The notes below the pieces were generated by a model, which had not been told where the DNA came from, made no database searches, and saw only the letters and a list, made by a program, of their open reading frames with translations. A DNA stretch of 63,624 nucleotides, counting the filler, from Chiloscyllium plagiosum (Eukaryota), in the NCBI RefSeq assembly GCF_004010195.1. It is 3 parts of one record of this genome, joined end to end, with 100 filler letters (N's around TTAATTAATTAA, not from the genome) between each part and the next. Parts side by side here need not be neighbours in the genome. Positions count along the whole stretch, not along the records: positions 1 to 30,909 come from NC_057714.1; 2 more parts are not named here. One strand, written 5' to 3'. Shown here in pieces: positions 14,497 through 26,619 of this stretch; position 1 is the first letter of the stretch, and every line of letters begins with the position of its first letter. The position numbers were made by a program, and so were the translations under genes.

Positions 14497-14752
14497 TTGC
14501 TCACAACAACATACAAACTTACATTTCTCAGTTCTTATTTTGTTTTAAAACTTTGCCCCTTTGCTCACAATAACATACAAACTTACATTTCTCAGTTCTT
14601 ATTTTGTTTTAAAACTTTGCCCCTTTGCTCACAATAACATACAAACTTACATTTCTCAGTTCTTACTTTATTTTAAAACTTTGCCCCTTTGCTCACAATA
14701 ACATACAAACTTACATTTCTCAGTTCTTACTTTATTTTAAAACTTTGCCCCT
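14497..14752. repeat. Minisatellite, 4 x 64 bp
   Basis: Units start at 14497, 14561, 14625 and 14689 (ttgctcacaa(c/t)aacatacaaacttacatttctcagttctta...aaaactttgcccct). Confidence 0.95.
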
Positions 14753-16007
14753 GCTAAATTATTTCTTCTTTTCTGAAAGCACTGATCCCTATTGTAACCT
14801 GGTTCTGCACAGTCCTGGCTAAAATCAGCAATGACTGTCTATCAGATGTACCCTTTCCGATCTGTAAGGAGGATTTCCACTTCAGACATTGAGCTACTAA
14901 ATTCTGTATTGTCAGCGTAGTGGCAATGGTGAGCCTGAATGAAATCACTTCACTGTAATTGCTTCCATACTAACAAGCCCTGGTCTTGTTAGTAAGTCAT
15001 CTGTAACCTTTTCGATGACAAGTTACTTTGTATTCTCTATCCAGTGCTTCCTTGGTCTTCTTTGACTTCTTGGTATACACATCCCTGTATTCCAGCATGT
15101 TTCTATTCTTAAAACATGGGCAAACTATCACAGCCATCTCTTCTAGAACTTTTATATAAGTTGTTTTTTTTTATTCAACCAGCATTAGTTGTTTGAAGAA
15201 GTTCATAATTTGCCAAGAGCTTGACCATTATTCATTGTGATTAATCAATATGACTAATATGCCAAATTAGACAAAATCCTAAAGTGTTGCAATTGGAAAC
15301 ATAAGTGGCAACTGGGAAAGTAGCCATACAGATCCTACTGCAAGTAAAATGTGTCTTCTGCATATGATTGTTTATCTCTTAGTGACATTGTGGTAGAGCT
15401 TCCAAACTGTGTTTGGTGCAATCTGATTTAAATTGGCTAAACCAATACAAAATTGGGAAATATTAAAGGTAATTTGCATCAAACATAAATTGACTTTCTG
15501 CAATTTTACCCATTGTTTTAAAAAAATAATTTCACCAAAATGTGACTGCCCACAAAATTAGCCAAAATCAAATGATGAAGATGGCATTCTTTTTGCTAAT
15601 TGCGCTGTTTGCAGAGTGCACTGAGGAAGTTGGTCATGCCAGCAGTTGATCTTTACAATGCACCAGTTTATATTTATGTCTCCAAATGATGCATTCTAAT
15701 CCTTGTCTTGATTGGTGTGTTAATCCTACAGTGAGTGGCCAGTAGGTATTGATGGAACTCATGGTGAATTCTAAACCTCTGAAACTGAATATAAGAAATG
15801 ATGTTTAGATTTAAAAAAACATAGCTTATACAAACGATATAAGGGCTCTTTTGCGGCTGGTAATCCTAACCCTACCTCTAAACCAGGAAGACTAGGTTCA
15901 AGTCCCACCTGCTCCAGAGGCAAGTCACAACATCTCAGAATAGGTTGATTATGAAGAAAATACAGAAAATCTAGAAAAGATGACTGTGGTAGTTTGGACT
16001 TACTTCG

Positions 16008-16355
16008 GACGGCATCGTGGCTCAGTGGTTAGCATTGCTATCTCAGAGTGCTAAGGACCCGGGTTTGATTCTAGCCTCAGGCAATTGTGCGGAGTCTGCA
16101 CATTCTCCCTATGTCTGCATGGGTTTCTTCCAGGTGCTCCAGTTTTGTCCCACAGTCCAAAGATGTGCAGGTTAGCTGGACTGGCCATGCTAAATTTCCC
16201 ATAGTGTCCAGGCATGTGCAGACTAGGTGGACTAGCAATGGGAAATGCAGGGTTATAAGCGGTGCGAGGGGGTCAGGGTTAGATGTACTTTGGAGGGTCA
16301 GTGTAGCCTCAATGGGCCAAATGACCTGCTTTCACACTGTAGGGATTCTATGATT
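16008..16355 (+). mobile_element. HE1-like V-SINE
   Basis: A and B boxes, V-domain body and a cacactgtagggattctatgatt tail. Similar to 1445-1757. Confidence 0.85.
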
Positions 16356-17356
16356 AAGAAAAGAAGCAGAATTTTAGGCATATTTTAAAAGATTTTGCAA
16401 ATTAAAAATATCTTCACTAACAAACTAATTAGTATAACAAGTAAATGTTTCTGGAAGGTTTTAAAGTAATTGATTTAAAATAGTTTAATCAAAAAAGGAA
16501 TACTGGGGCAAATAGGAATACTTAACAGTTACAACAAACAAAATCTTAGCTGTATTAATAGAACTGTGCCAGGTTATAACCCTTAAACTTTTTCACCGAA
16601 TATTACTTTTTAATACTAAAGGAAAAATGGTAATGCTTATAATAATAACCAGTTGTGCTGCTTTATGAAATATTTTATCTTTGTGATTGTGTACATACAT
16701 TATGACAAACATCTGAAGAGAAATCTAACCATGCAGTTTACATTCAGTTCTCATATTGTGCCCAAAGCAGAAACTCATTGCTTGTTACTGTTTAAGCTTA
16801 CACCATACACCTCATTCAGGAGCATCAATTATTTTATAGGAATGGCATTCAGTTCATCTAGTAGGAAATTATTTTGCCTATATATTATGTACAAAGAAAT
16901 TGTGCATGTGTTCTTAACTGTTTTTGTAATTTACATCTAAGTAGTGAATCTTCATCAGACAACGTTGTTGGCAGGAATGAGATCATGAGAAATCAGGTAG
17001 ACACAACCAATGTTTTTTATTCTGTAAAATTAACAGACAAAAAAGATCAAGGACTGTGCACCTGTGATTTCTTGAGATGCACTTGCTACTGGCTTTGGCT
17101 TTTTTGGGGAACACTCTCAAATATAAAGTAAATTATATTAATTGTTTGTTTATTTATTTATGGCATATTCAAACATGAAATGTAATTCTTTTTGTTACGA
17201 AATTTTATTTAAAAATTTGGTAAAATGTAATCAAATATCTGATCATTATTAAACCTTTAATCCTACATCCAGAATGAATGGAATTTCTAACATTGAACAT
17301 CCACTATATCTCGAATTCCGAGGGATTCTTATAAATAGTTGGCATAACTTCACAGA

Positions 17357-17735
17357 AGGTGAAAGTGAGGACTGCAAATGCTGGAGATCAGAGTCAAGAT
17401 TAGAGTGGTGCTGGAAAAGCACAGCAGGTCAGGCAGCATCCGAGGAGCAGGAAAAACTATGTTTCGGGCTAAAGCTGGTCATCAGGAATGAGGCAGGGAG
17501 CCTCTGGGGTGGAGAGATAAATGGGAGGAGGTTGGGGCTGGGGAGGAGGTAGCCAAGAGTACAACAGGTGGATGGAAGTGGGGGTGAAGGTGATAGGTCG
17601 GAGAGGAGGGTGGAGCAGATAGATGGGAAGGAAGATTGGCAGGTGGGACAGGTCATGAGGACGGTGGTGAGTCGATAGGTTGGAACTGTGTTAAGGTGGG
17701 GGTGATGGGGAAATGAGGAAACTGGTGAAGTCCAC
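17357..17735 (-). mobile_element. Penelope-like element 3' region (family A)
   Basis: Family A terminal repeat (17357-17490) followed by purine-rich body sequence. The hammerhead motif is degenerate. Confidence 0.7.
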
Positions 17736-18009
17736 CAGTATTGAGAAGTTCCACTGATTTCTTCATGAAAATAAGATGATCAATCAGAAAAGTACCTGAG
17801 GAAATTCCCAACATTTATACTTGGTATTTGGTTACTTTTCTGAATAATAGAGGAGCATAAGAAATAAGAGTAGAAACAAGTCATTTGTCCCCTCTTACCT
17901 GCTCCACCATTTAATAAAATCATGGCAGATCCCTGATCTTGATTTTGTCATTCCATTTGATCTCCATATCTCTTGATTCCCTCAGTGTATAAAGATTGAT
18001 TTCAGTCAG

Positions 18010-18492
18010 AGGAAGATCACTTGGTTGATTCCAGAATTGACAGGGTTGGTTTATGAGGAGAGATTCAGGAGACTGGGACTATAATCATTGGAATTGAGAA
18101 GAATGAGGAGGATCTGATTGAATCATGTAAAATTATGAAGGGAATAGATAAGATAGAAGTAGGGAGGTTGTTTCCACCAGCAAGTGAAACTGGATTTGGG
18201 GACATTGCCTCAAAGTAAGGGGGAGCAGATTTAGGACTGAGTTGAGGAAGAATTTCTTCACACAAAAGGGTTGTGAATCTGTGCAATTCCCTGCCCAGTG
18301 AAGCAGTTGAGGCTATCTCATTGAATGTTTTTTAAGGCAAAAATAGGTTTTTGAACAGTCCAGGTATTAAGGATTATGGTGAGCGGCAGGCAAGTAAAGT
18401 TGAGTCCACAAAAAGATGAGCCATGATCTTATTGAATGGCTGAGCAGGCTCGATGGGCCTGATGGCCTACTCCTGCTCCTAGTACTTATGTT
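18010..18492 (+). mobile_element. CR1-type LINE 3' fragment (a different subfamily)
   Basis: LIPELTGLVYEER...RMRRI-like and FRTELRKNFFTQ-like coding remnants, with a gggcctgatggcctactcctgctcct 3' end. Confidence 0.75.
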
Positions 18493-20950
18493 CATATATT
18501 CCAAACCATATTCTGCTAATTTGATTTGTTTAGTATATACGAAGATTTCAGTTCTACTTAATTATTATGTTACATTTGTTACAAATCCATTTTATTTCTT
18601 GATTAATATCATATAATATTAACATCCAACAGTATCACTATTGTCAAGCGACTCAAAAACTAGTCCTGCTGGAGTTTTGTGCTTGCTGTTTTTCATCTCT
18701 CGGGATAGTAATACTATTCCTGATTTTATGAACAATGCTTCTTTCTCAGTACTGCCTATGGCATCCTTTTACTATTATGGCTACCTTTGCCCATCTTTGT
18801 CATTTTGTCTCTCTTTTTAAAATGTCAGGTGCTTTGGAATTTTTCTGGAATTTGACAATATCCAGGTTTGGGCTGAAAGATGGCCCAAGTATTATTCATG
18901 TCACACGAATGTCAATAACCATCTCTAACAAGATAGAATCTAACCATTGTCCCTTGACGTTTAATGTCCCTCACAATCAACATCCTGGGGGTTACCATTG
19001 TCCAGAAAGTGAATCAGACATATAAGCAGATTGGCTACAAGAGCCGGTCAAAGGCTGGGAATATTAGTGCGAGTAATTCACCTCTGATCGCTGAATATAT
19101 TGAGGGCATTTTTAACCTACTCATCAGGTTGATAAATTAATTTATTTCAACATTGTAGATCAGCTTAATTATTTATAATAAGTCCTTTCAAAAAAGTGTG
19201 GGAAAGTAAAGAGAAAAATCTGTGTAGCTTTTGAAGCATGATCAGCAGTGCCTTCAGATGAAGGTCTTCAGATCTGAGTGACCTCCGTGATCTGGCAGTA
19301 GCGTGAAGACATATTTCTTTCTCTCTGACAGTAGAAATGTCACTGGGACTGATGATCACAGCAGATGTCCAGACTAATGCCATGTTGGATAATGCAGAGC
19401 AGGCAGTTTATTTTACATTGGGAATTTCTGGCTTGCAGTTTAGAAATACCTGACAACTACACTTTGTTAGCTCATGTAATCCTTCAGGATTTTCTAACAA
19501 AACATATCTATTCATTATCGAAGTGGATCATATTTTTCTGAGAAGGAATGTGGTCGGAATTTGCAAGAATTTACAAAAAGGAAAAGCATTGCAATAAACA
19601 TGCAATTTCACCATTCCTCTAACTTATAGTTCCTTCAGTTTAAGAGATTCTCCTTCTGTCATTTTTGAAGGAAAACACTGAAGGTCATATTAAAGAGCTA
19701 ATTTTAATTTATTCATGTGCTTCTTTGTGCAACTTCATGTTTACAGTCAATGCAATGACATATTGGTGAACCTGATTAAAGAGAACAAGCAGTCAACACT
19801 AGTGGATATTCCTCTGACAGGGAAAAATTCCTGAAAATAACTGCTCCATGAATGTAAATTTCCTCACTGATAACTCACTGTCCATAGAATCTTAGAATCT
19901 TTCAACTAAGAAGGAACTTACTCACATTAACTGTTAATGTAATGTTAAAATAGTGCTCAAAATGAGACCAGTAGAGAATGCAATCACTTTCAACAGCATT
20001 CTTTCAAACAGCTAGTTAATTTGTACAACTGTTCCACTCTTTCCCACAGCTCTAAAAATGCTTTCTTGGCAAGTTTACATAATTTTGTACAGAAATTTAT
20101 CATTGCATCTTCTTTTAGCATTTTTTCAAGTAGGATATTCATGATCCTAAGTATTTGCTGCATGAAAATTAATTCCCCTCTCTCGTTCTTTTGTCAATTA
20201 TCTTAAATTTATGTCTTATAGTTCCTGACACACCAGGCAGTGGAAACAGCTTTTCCTTGTTTTCTCCATTAAAACCTATAATCTTAGTTAGAATTAAATG
20301 TTGAATCTTCCATTCCCTTCTCTGCTCTGAGAAGAACAATCCCAGGTTCTGTGATGTGTACAAAAATGGAAAATGTCGGAAATACTCACCATGATCTGAC
20401 AGCATCCAGGAAGAGAGAAACAAAGTTAACATTTTGAGTTGAATATGACTTCTTCGAAATCTTCAGTATTTTGTTTTTATCGTAGCTTCTCTAAACTTGG
20501 CACAGAACTGTAGTTCTTTAACTCTGGATCAATTCTAGCAAATCTACTCTCCATTCTCTCTAAGGCCTAGACATCTTTCCTGAATTGTGGTGCAATACAC
20601 TGGCTGAGGTTTATAAAGCTTTAGCAGAAATTTCCTGCTTCATTTTATATCTGTCTTTGTTATTGCTTTTAAATTTTTATGTGCAAATTTTTGAATCAAG
20701 GCAATTTAGACTAGCACTGGATCATTAGATGTTACCACTCTGCTGCAACAAAATGCCTCAGTCCCAACCTCTGGATAATATTAGGCAGAGATTATGAAAC
20801 CTATGATATGGATTATTTGCTGTGGAAACTTTTAGCATGATCAGGCTGGGCTGGGATTGAACACATATTTAAGAGGGGAAAGGCAAGTTTTAATTCCACA
20901 TACAACACAATGAGACACTGGTTAGCTAAGTTAGCTCGATACTTAGCACG

Positions 20951-21115
20951 TATAGTGCAATCTCGGTTATCTGAACACCAATTATCCGAATTTCGAATTA
21001 TTCGAACAAAATCTCAAAGTCCCGCTGCTTGAGTAAACTGTGTTATTCGAACATTTGATTGTCTGAACAAAATACTCCACTCCCGTTTCGTTCAGATAAT
21101 CGAGGTTGTCCTGTA
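20951..21115. mobile_element. pogo/Tigger-like MITE
   Basis: Imperfect TIRs: tatagtgcaatctcggttatctgaac vs tacaggacaacctcgattatctgaac (rc of the right end). TA at both ends and internal ttatc/ttattcgaac sub-repeats. Confidence 0.7.
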
Positions 21116-21285
21116 GTTCAAAATAACATCAATGGCACAGGACTGATTCCTCGAACTGAGTGACTTACTAGAGGTCAGTATTAACCATTTTATTGCAGGA
21201 CACCAACAGTACAGGTCTGCTTTCCATTCCAGCCAATGTAGAATTGGGATCTGCTTCCTGTGAGTGGAATTTAGGGGAGATGGTG

Positions 21286-21630
21286 GCATAGAGTCATAGA
21301 GATATACAGCATGGAAACAGACCCTTCGGTCTAACTTATCCATGCCAACCAGATAGTTTAAATTAATCTAGTTCCATTTGCTGGCATTTGACCCATATCC
21401 CTCTAAAACCTTCCCATTTATGTACCCATCCAGATGCCTTTAAATGTTGGAATTGTACCAGCCTCCACCACTTTCTCTGGCAGCTCATGCCATACATGGA
21501 CCACTGTCTGCGTGGAAAAGTTGCTCCTTAGGTCCCTTTTAAATCTTTCCCCTCTCTCCTTAAACCTATGATGTCCAGTTTTGGGCTCTCCTACCCTAGG
21601 GAAAATACCTTGGCTGTTCACCCTATCACT
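21286..21630 (-). mobile_element. CR1/HER1-type LINE 3' fragment
   Basis: ORF 21418-21621 (FPRVGEPKT...FKRDLRSNF) and a ctatgact tail. Confidence 0.85.
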
Positions 21631-22182
21631 GCATGAGTAATCCAGAAAGCCAAACTAATGCTCTCAACCCAATCATAGCAGGTAATAGAATTTAAATCCA
21701 TCCCATTACAGAAAACTAGAATCATGGATGGCTTATTTCTTGCTTCATTCTCTTTCTCTCTTTCTTTCTTTTTCTCTGGGCACTGTCTATTTACATCCTG
21801 TTCTGATGAAGGGCCACTGGACTCATAACATTAATTCTGGTTTTTTCTCTACAGATGTGCCAGATCTGTTGAGTTTCTCCAGCACTTCCTGATTTTGTCT
21901 TACAATCTATCTTGCATATTTATCTTGAAATGAACACTATCTTCATGAAAATGCTTGTCATGTTCTACTGTTGTAGTTCAGAGGACAGAGAAAATCAAGA
22001 AGAGTCTGAATTATTATTTGCCATTTTTATGTCTGATTATAATGTCACTCTTATCTTTGTCTAGAACTGAATTATAAAAAAGGTAGTTATTAAGATAATT
22101 CCATCTTAACATGTTACTGTTGTAATACAAAGATAAAATTGCTACATTCCTTCACATGATAATCAATTCTGAATTATTTTAG

Positions 22183-22407
22183 GTCAAGGTGTGGTTCCAG
22201 AACCGGAGGATGAAATGGAAACGTGTTAAGGGAGGCCAACAAGGAGCTGTTGCAAGGGAAAAAGAACTAGTGAACGTGAAGAAAGGGACGTTACTGCCCT
22301 CTGAGCTGTCTGGTATCTCCACATCAGGAGGTCATCACGCTGGAGACATTCTCTCAAATGATGAAAGCCAGGACAGTGATCACAGTACTGAACTGGGCCA
22401 TTTGTGA
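22183..22407 (+). CDS. MEOX2: Terminal coding exon of a MEOX2-like (Mox-2) homeobox gene: homeodomain helix 3 plus C-terminal tail
   Basis: Acceptor ttattttag ends at 22182 (phase 0). Reads [74 protein letters not shown]. The [28 protein letters not shown] tail is characteristic of MEOX2, not MEOX1. Orthologue versus paralogue is unresolved. Confidence 0.93.
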   Translation, partial: VKVWFQNRRMKWKRVKGGQQGAVAREKELVNVKKGTLLPSELSGISTSGGHHAGDILSNDESQDSDHSTELGHL

Positions 22408-24000
22408 TGTACAAAGAAAGGGAATGTCTCAACAGATTCTCAGGAAAGAAATGGCATGAGGAGAATGCAAACAACATTGTCGTAAAGTCTCTGCGTGAAT
22501 GACTCCTTGTGGACATGATGCAAACATCAGAGCCTCTGAACATTCCATATTTGAAATGACAATTGGACAGTTTGCAAGTTTATGCCTTGACTTCCACTGT
22601 AAATAAGAGCAGAAATTGATTCAAAGATACAAAATAAATATCAACAGAAATTCAACAGAGAATAACAGGGAAGATTTATTTTGTGTAAATGGTGAAGCAG
22701 AATAAAAAACACATTTATGAAGAATGACTATTTAATCTTGCCAATAGAAGAAATCCTCAGCCAGTAATAGGAAATGTAGCAATTCAATATGATTGAAATG
22801 TTAAAATAGTGCTCTAAAAGAGACCAGTAGAGAAAGCAATCACCTTCCCATTATTCTAATTCATAGGTGCAATACATTTCAAACGTAAAAATAACTCTTC
22901 AGACAGTAGCAACACACAAGACATTACTATTACAGGGTTATCCTAACATGCATTTTAAAACCTAATGAAATTCGCAAATATTCAGTCAGATCAACAACAT
23001 ATTCAAACTCCTATAGATTGCTACTCAAGTGAATGAGAGCAACATTAAACAGTCACAATAAAGGTTTAATGGTTGTCCTGTCAGTAGTAATTTCATACAC
23101 ATCAGAGTTATTAATCAGAAGTCAACTGAGTGTTGGAAATCTTATCTCCTATGGCTAAATATTATAAGATTCTATCAAGTGAATACAAATTGCATAATTA
23201 GCTATTAGCATATTGTTAAACAGTGTAGTAAATATTTCAACTAATGTTCCCTTTTTCATTTTACTAATTCAAATAGACACTTCTATTTCATTCTGTTTGG
23301 TCAAATTCGTTTTGCTTCAGTAATTAATCAATCAAACAAATATGTTCAAAATAAAATGTATGAAGTTGGAAATTTGAATCAAAATCATTATTTTCATTGT
23401 TGAGTCATCAGTCTTAGCTAGTACAATAAAAGCAGTTTCATCCAATATTATCAAGTTAATCTATTGGCATTCTCCAATATTTGAAAAGTTTTTCAAGTAC
23501 TTCCACAACATATAATGTTGATAATGCAATTTTATGCACTGATGTTAAACAGATTTAGGTTATGTAAACATGATTATCTAATAGCATTCTGAAATTCCTC
23601 ATGGCCCTTTCATACTTGGAATTGTTTAGGAGTCACTTTTAATACAAAAAATAGATGCATTAACCAAATCTCTCACATTCTATTAAGATGTGATAAATTA
23701 TTAAATAATATGCATATCTAACCCAACCACATTTCAATCAGCATCTTCTCTATGATATTGTATATAGTATAATGGAATAAAATACAAGGTTATCCCTCAA
23801 TCAAAAATCGAGAACATAACTCCTGACCTACCATTAGGTGTCTGGATAAGATTTGGATAACAACTAGACTATGGATTTTGTATGCAATGCTTAAGGACAG
23901 GGTGGACTAGATGGCTGAATGTTTTATCTTCATTCCTATAATGTATACAAGAATAAAAGTAACATGCAGAAATGTTTACAAATGCTGTCTGATTCAGAGA
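22408..24000 (+). other. Probable 3' UTR of the MEOX2-like gene with candidate polyadenylation signals
   Basis: Repeat-poor AT-rich sequence after the stop. AATAAA at about 22633, 22701, 23057, 23350, 23425, 23776 and 23952. The true transcript end cannot be determined. Confidence 0.5.
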
Positions 24001-25104
24001 TTAGGTTCCAGTTTTTACCTCACTCCAGCAAGTATGTTTTATTAATGTGTATGATATTTCGTTGAATTGTCAAATCAACAATTTGAATGTGTTCCTAGTG
24101 TGGTTATGCATTCCTTCACAGGGCTACAGATGAATAGCTTACAATTTCAGAATTTCATGAAAATTTCATACACAATCTATATTATCATAGTGTCTGTAGT
24201 GCCATCAATCAAAATATAAAAATAATTGTAAATAATGTTTTAAATATAAGGCTTCATTAATTGCTTTGTAAATATGACTCTAAATGCATTGAGTCAATGA
24301 TTATGTCTTAACTCTCAGAAAGTCTAATTCACAGTGTGTTCAGCATTGTAGTAATGCTGCACTTTAGCCTTCTAAAGTATAACATTTATAAATGAAAGAA
24401 ATATGTTTTCAGATATCTGGATATGCAATCACAGATAAAAATTTTGCCCCAGCAGCCTACAATATTTAATATAACAAATGATGAGACAGAAAACAAAAAC
24501 ATTATTGCTATTTCTGTTTTTACATTCAAGACTTTGGTGTAAGAATTAGAGGAATGTAATAAATTGGATTGTCTTCAGAAAAACGTTTCGTATGCTGATA
24601 TACAGTATATGTGATTACAATTAAACGACACAACATGTTAGTGAAGAAATGGATGAAAGAATTGTGGAAATCTTTTTCTGTTGTCTGTTTCCAAATATGA
24701 AACTCAAATCCCTTGGTAGTGCCTCTAAAATAATGCTGTTTCTATCGCAGTACCTACGTTAAGAGTAAATGGTAAATTTTCAATGGGTTTTGAAATAATA
24801 TATTAAAAAAACTCCTGCTGGTATCAAAGCAAATCTGTTCAATTTGTTATCTTCTAGGAATGATAATCATGCAATTTTCTTAATGAATTGAAACAAATTG
24901 AAATGCAATGCATTGACAGTAATCACCTGGGAAACATAATGGTTTCCTGTTGGTACAATTAAGCATTGAAATTGCCAAACCTGTGGCAGCATTTTGTTTA
25001 TGATGCCTTTGCACAATACTTGCACACAACATAAAGTGCCTTATTGTTCTGGCGTGACTTGTGAAACAAATATTATTTCATGAACTTGTTCCCTATGTTT
25101 CATG

Positions 25105-25322
25105 CTGAAAAATGTGTTGCTGGAAAAGTGCAGCAGGTCAGGCAGCATCAAAGGAGCAGGAGAATCGACGTTTCGGGCATAAGCCCTTCTTCAGGAAATC
25201 CTGAAGAAGGGCTTATGCCTGAAACGTCGATTCTCCTGCTCCTTTGATGCTGCCTGACCTGCTGCGCTTTTCCAGCAACACATTTTTCAGCTCTGATCTC
25301 CAGCATCTGTAGTCCTCACTTT
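25105..25322. mobile_element. Fold-back insertion of two Penelope-type termini (family A), with a hammerhead motif on each strand
   Basis: Near-perfect inverted arms of about 90 bp centred at about 25197. Flanking direct repeat ttccctatgtttcatg at 25089-25104 and 25323-25338. Confidence 0.9.
25197..25232 (+). ncRNA. Candidate minimal type I hammerhead ribozyme
   Basis: aatc-CUGAAGA-a-gggc(uuau)gccu-GAAAC-GUC-gauu: core boxes, a 4-bp helix I (aauc/gauu), helix II, and the palindrome ACGU in place of helix III. Activity untested. Confidence 0.55.
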
Positions 25323-26619
25323 TTCCCTATGTTTCATGAAATACTTTAAAAATAAATTTGAAATGTGCTCCTAATAAATTTACATTGAAATAGTAATCAT
25401 GAGGGATTATATCACTTTGAAAACTCTCATGTGGGTATTTTCCCCATACCAGAAGCACAACTAATTTCATTTTCGGGAGTCAAATTTAGTTAGAACTGCA
25501 GTCATAGTCTCAATGTTGTTGCCTTTTGAAAAAGTATGAATAATACTGCAAAAAGAGAGAACATGCTTCATCTGTTTTCTGTAATTTTGCTGTATTTACA
25601 TTTACATCTTCCTTTCAGAAAACAAAATACAAAGGATTATATTTTTTACTGTATGGAAACACCTCTAAGCACTGCCAAGAGGTGAACTTCCAATATAAAA
25701 AAAATCATTCTTATTGTTCGGAATACAGACAGTCAAACTAGCAGTCTGATTAATGTAAAATCTAGGGAAATATATCACAGTTGCAAGCCTCAAATGTCCA
25801 AATGTTGACTTGATGCAATACATGTAACTTCAGAAGATCCAATGGACACAGTAACAAGACCACTATTTAACTATTGATTACAAAGGCCAGTAATGTGATG
25901 GACAGATGAAAGATCAAATTAAAAACTAACCACAACCTTTGCAATGTTTAATATGTGTACAAGAATATCAACTGTAAAATTGTCCCAATTACAGGTGCAG
26001 CGTGATGCAATCTCACCTGCAATTGCACTTTAATTGCAGCATATGTAGATTTCACAGTTATTCAGAAATGATAGTAATCGTTTTGATTTAAGTGTTTGAA
26101 TATCTTGGACTATGATACACAGGTACTTATGTATTATACTCAGAAATATATCATTTAACACTCATTTTAAAAGGGAACTGTTTGAAAATGTTATTGTGTA
26201 CTATATATTCTCAGGTGAACATTTTCCCTCTTTTGCAGTTTACTCAATGTCATGTTCTTGCCTTCTCCAGCCAGATGATGAGATGGCAGTCTGCTGTACA
26301 ACCCAGGTCAATATTACTGAACAGAACATGGGAGATAAAAGCTAGGATTCAAGAACATTGAATTGGACAGTGAATTTTAATTCCCTTCTGTATTCCTGTA
26401 TTGCCCTTCTCCAGTAGCCGACCAAGTGGCAGTCAGTCTGTTTTACACTCTGCCCACATGAATGGAAGAATAAATGGATAGGATTTAAAATGGGTTGGAG
26501 CTTAGCCATCATTTGCATTCAAATTAGTGCTTAATTTCACCACCAAAGCTATTTATTTTGATAGAGTTAACTGCATTGATACATCAATGTTAATAATTGA
26601 ATGGTTACTGCATATGACA

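Noticed and set aside
14497..14752. CRISPR-like array
   Set aside because: Units are contiguous and near-identical with no unique spacers, in a vertebrate context.
22226..22543. 105-aa antisense ORF over the Meox exon
   Set aside because: Shadow ORF with no recognisable protein features.
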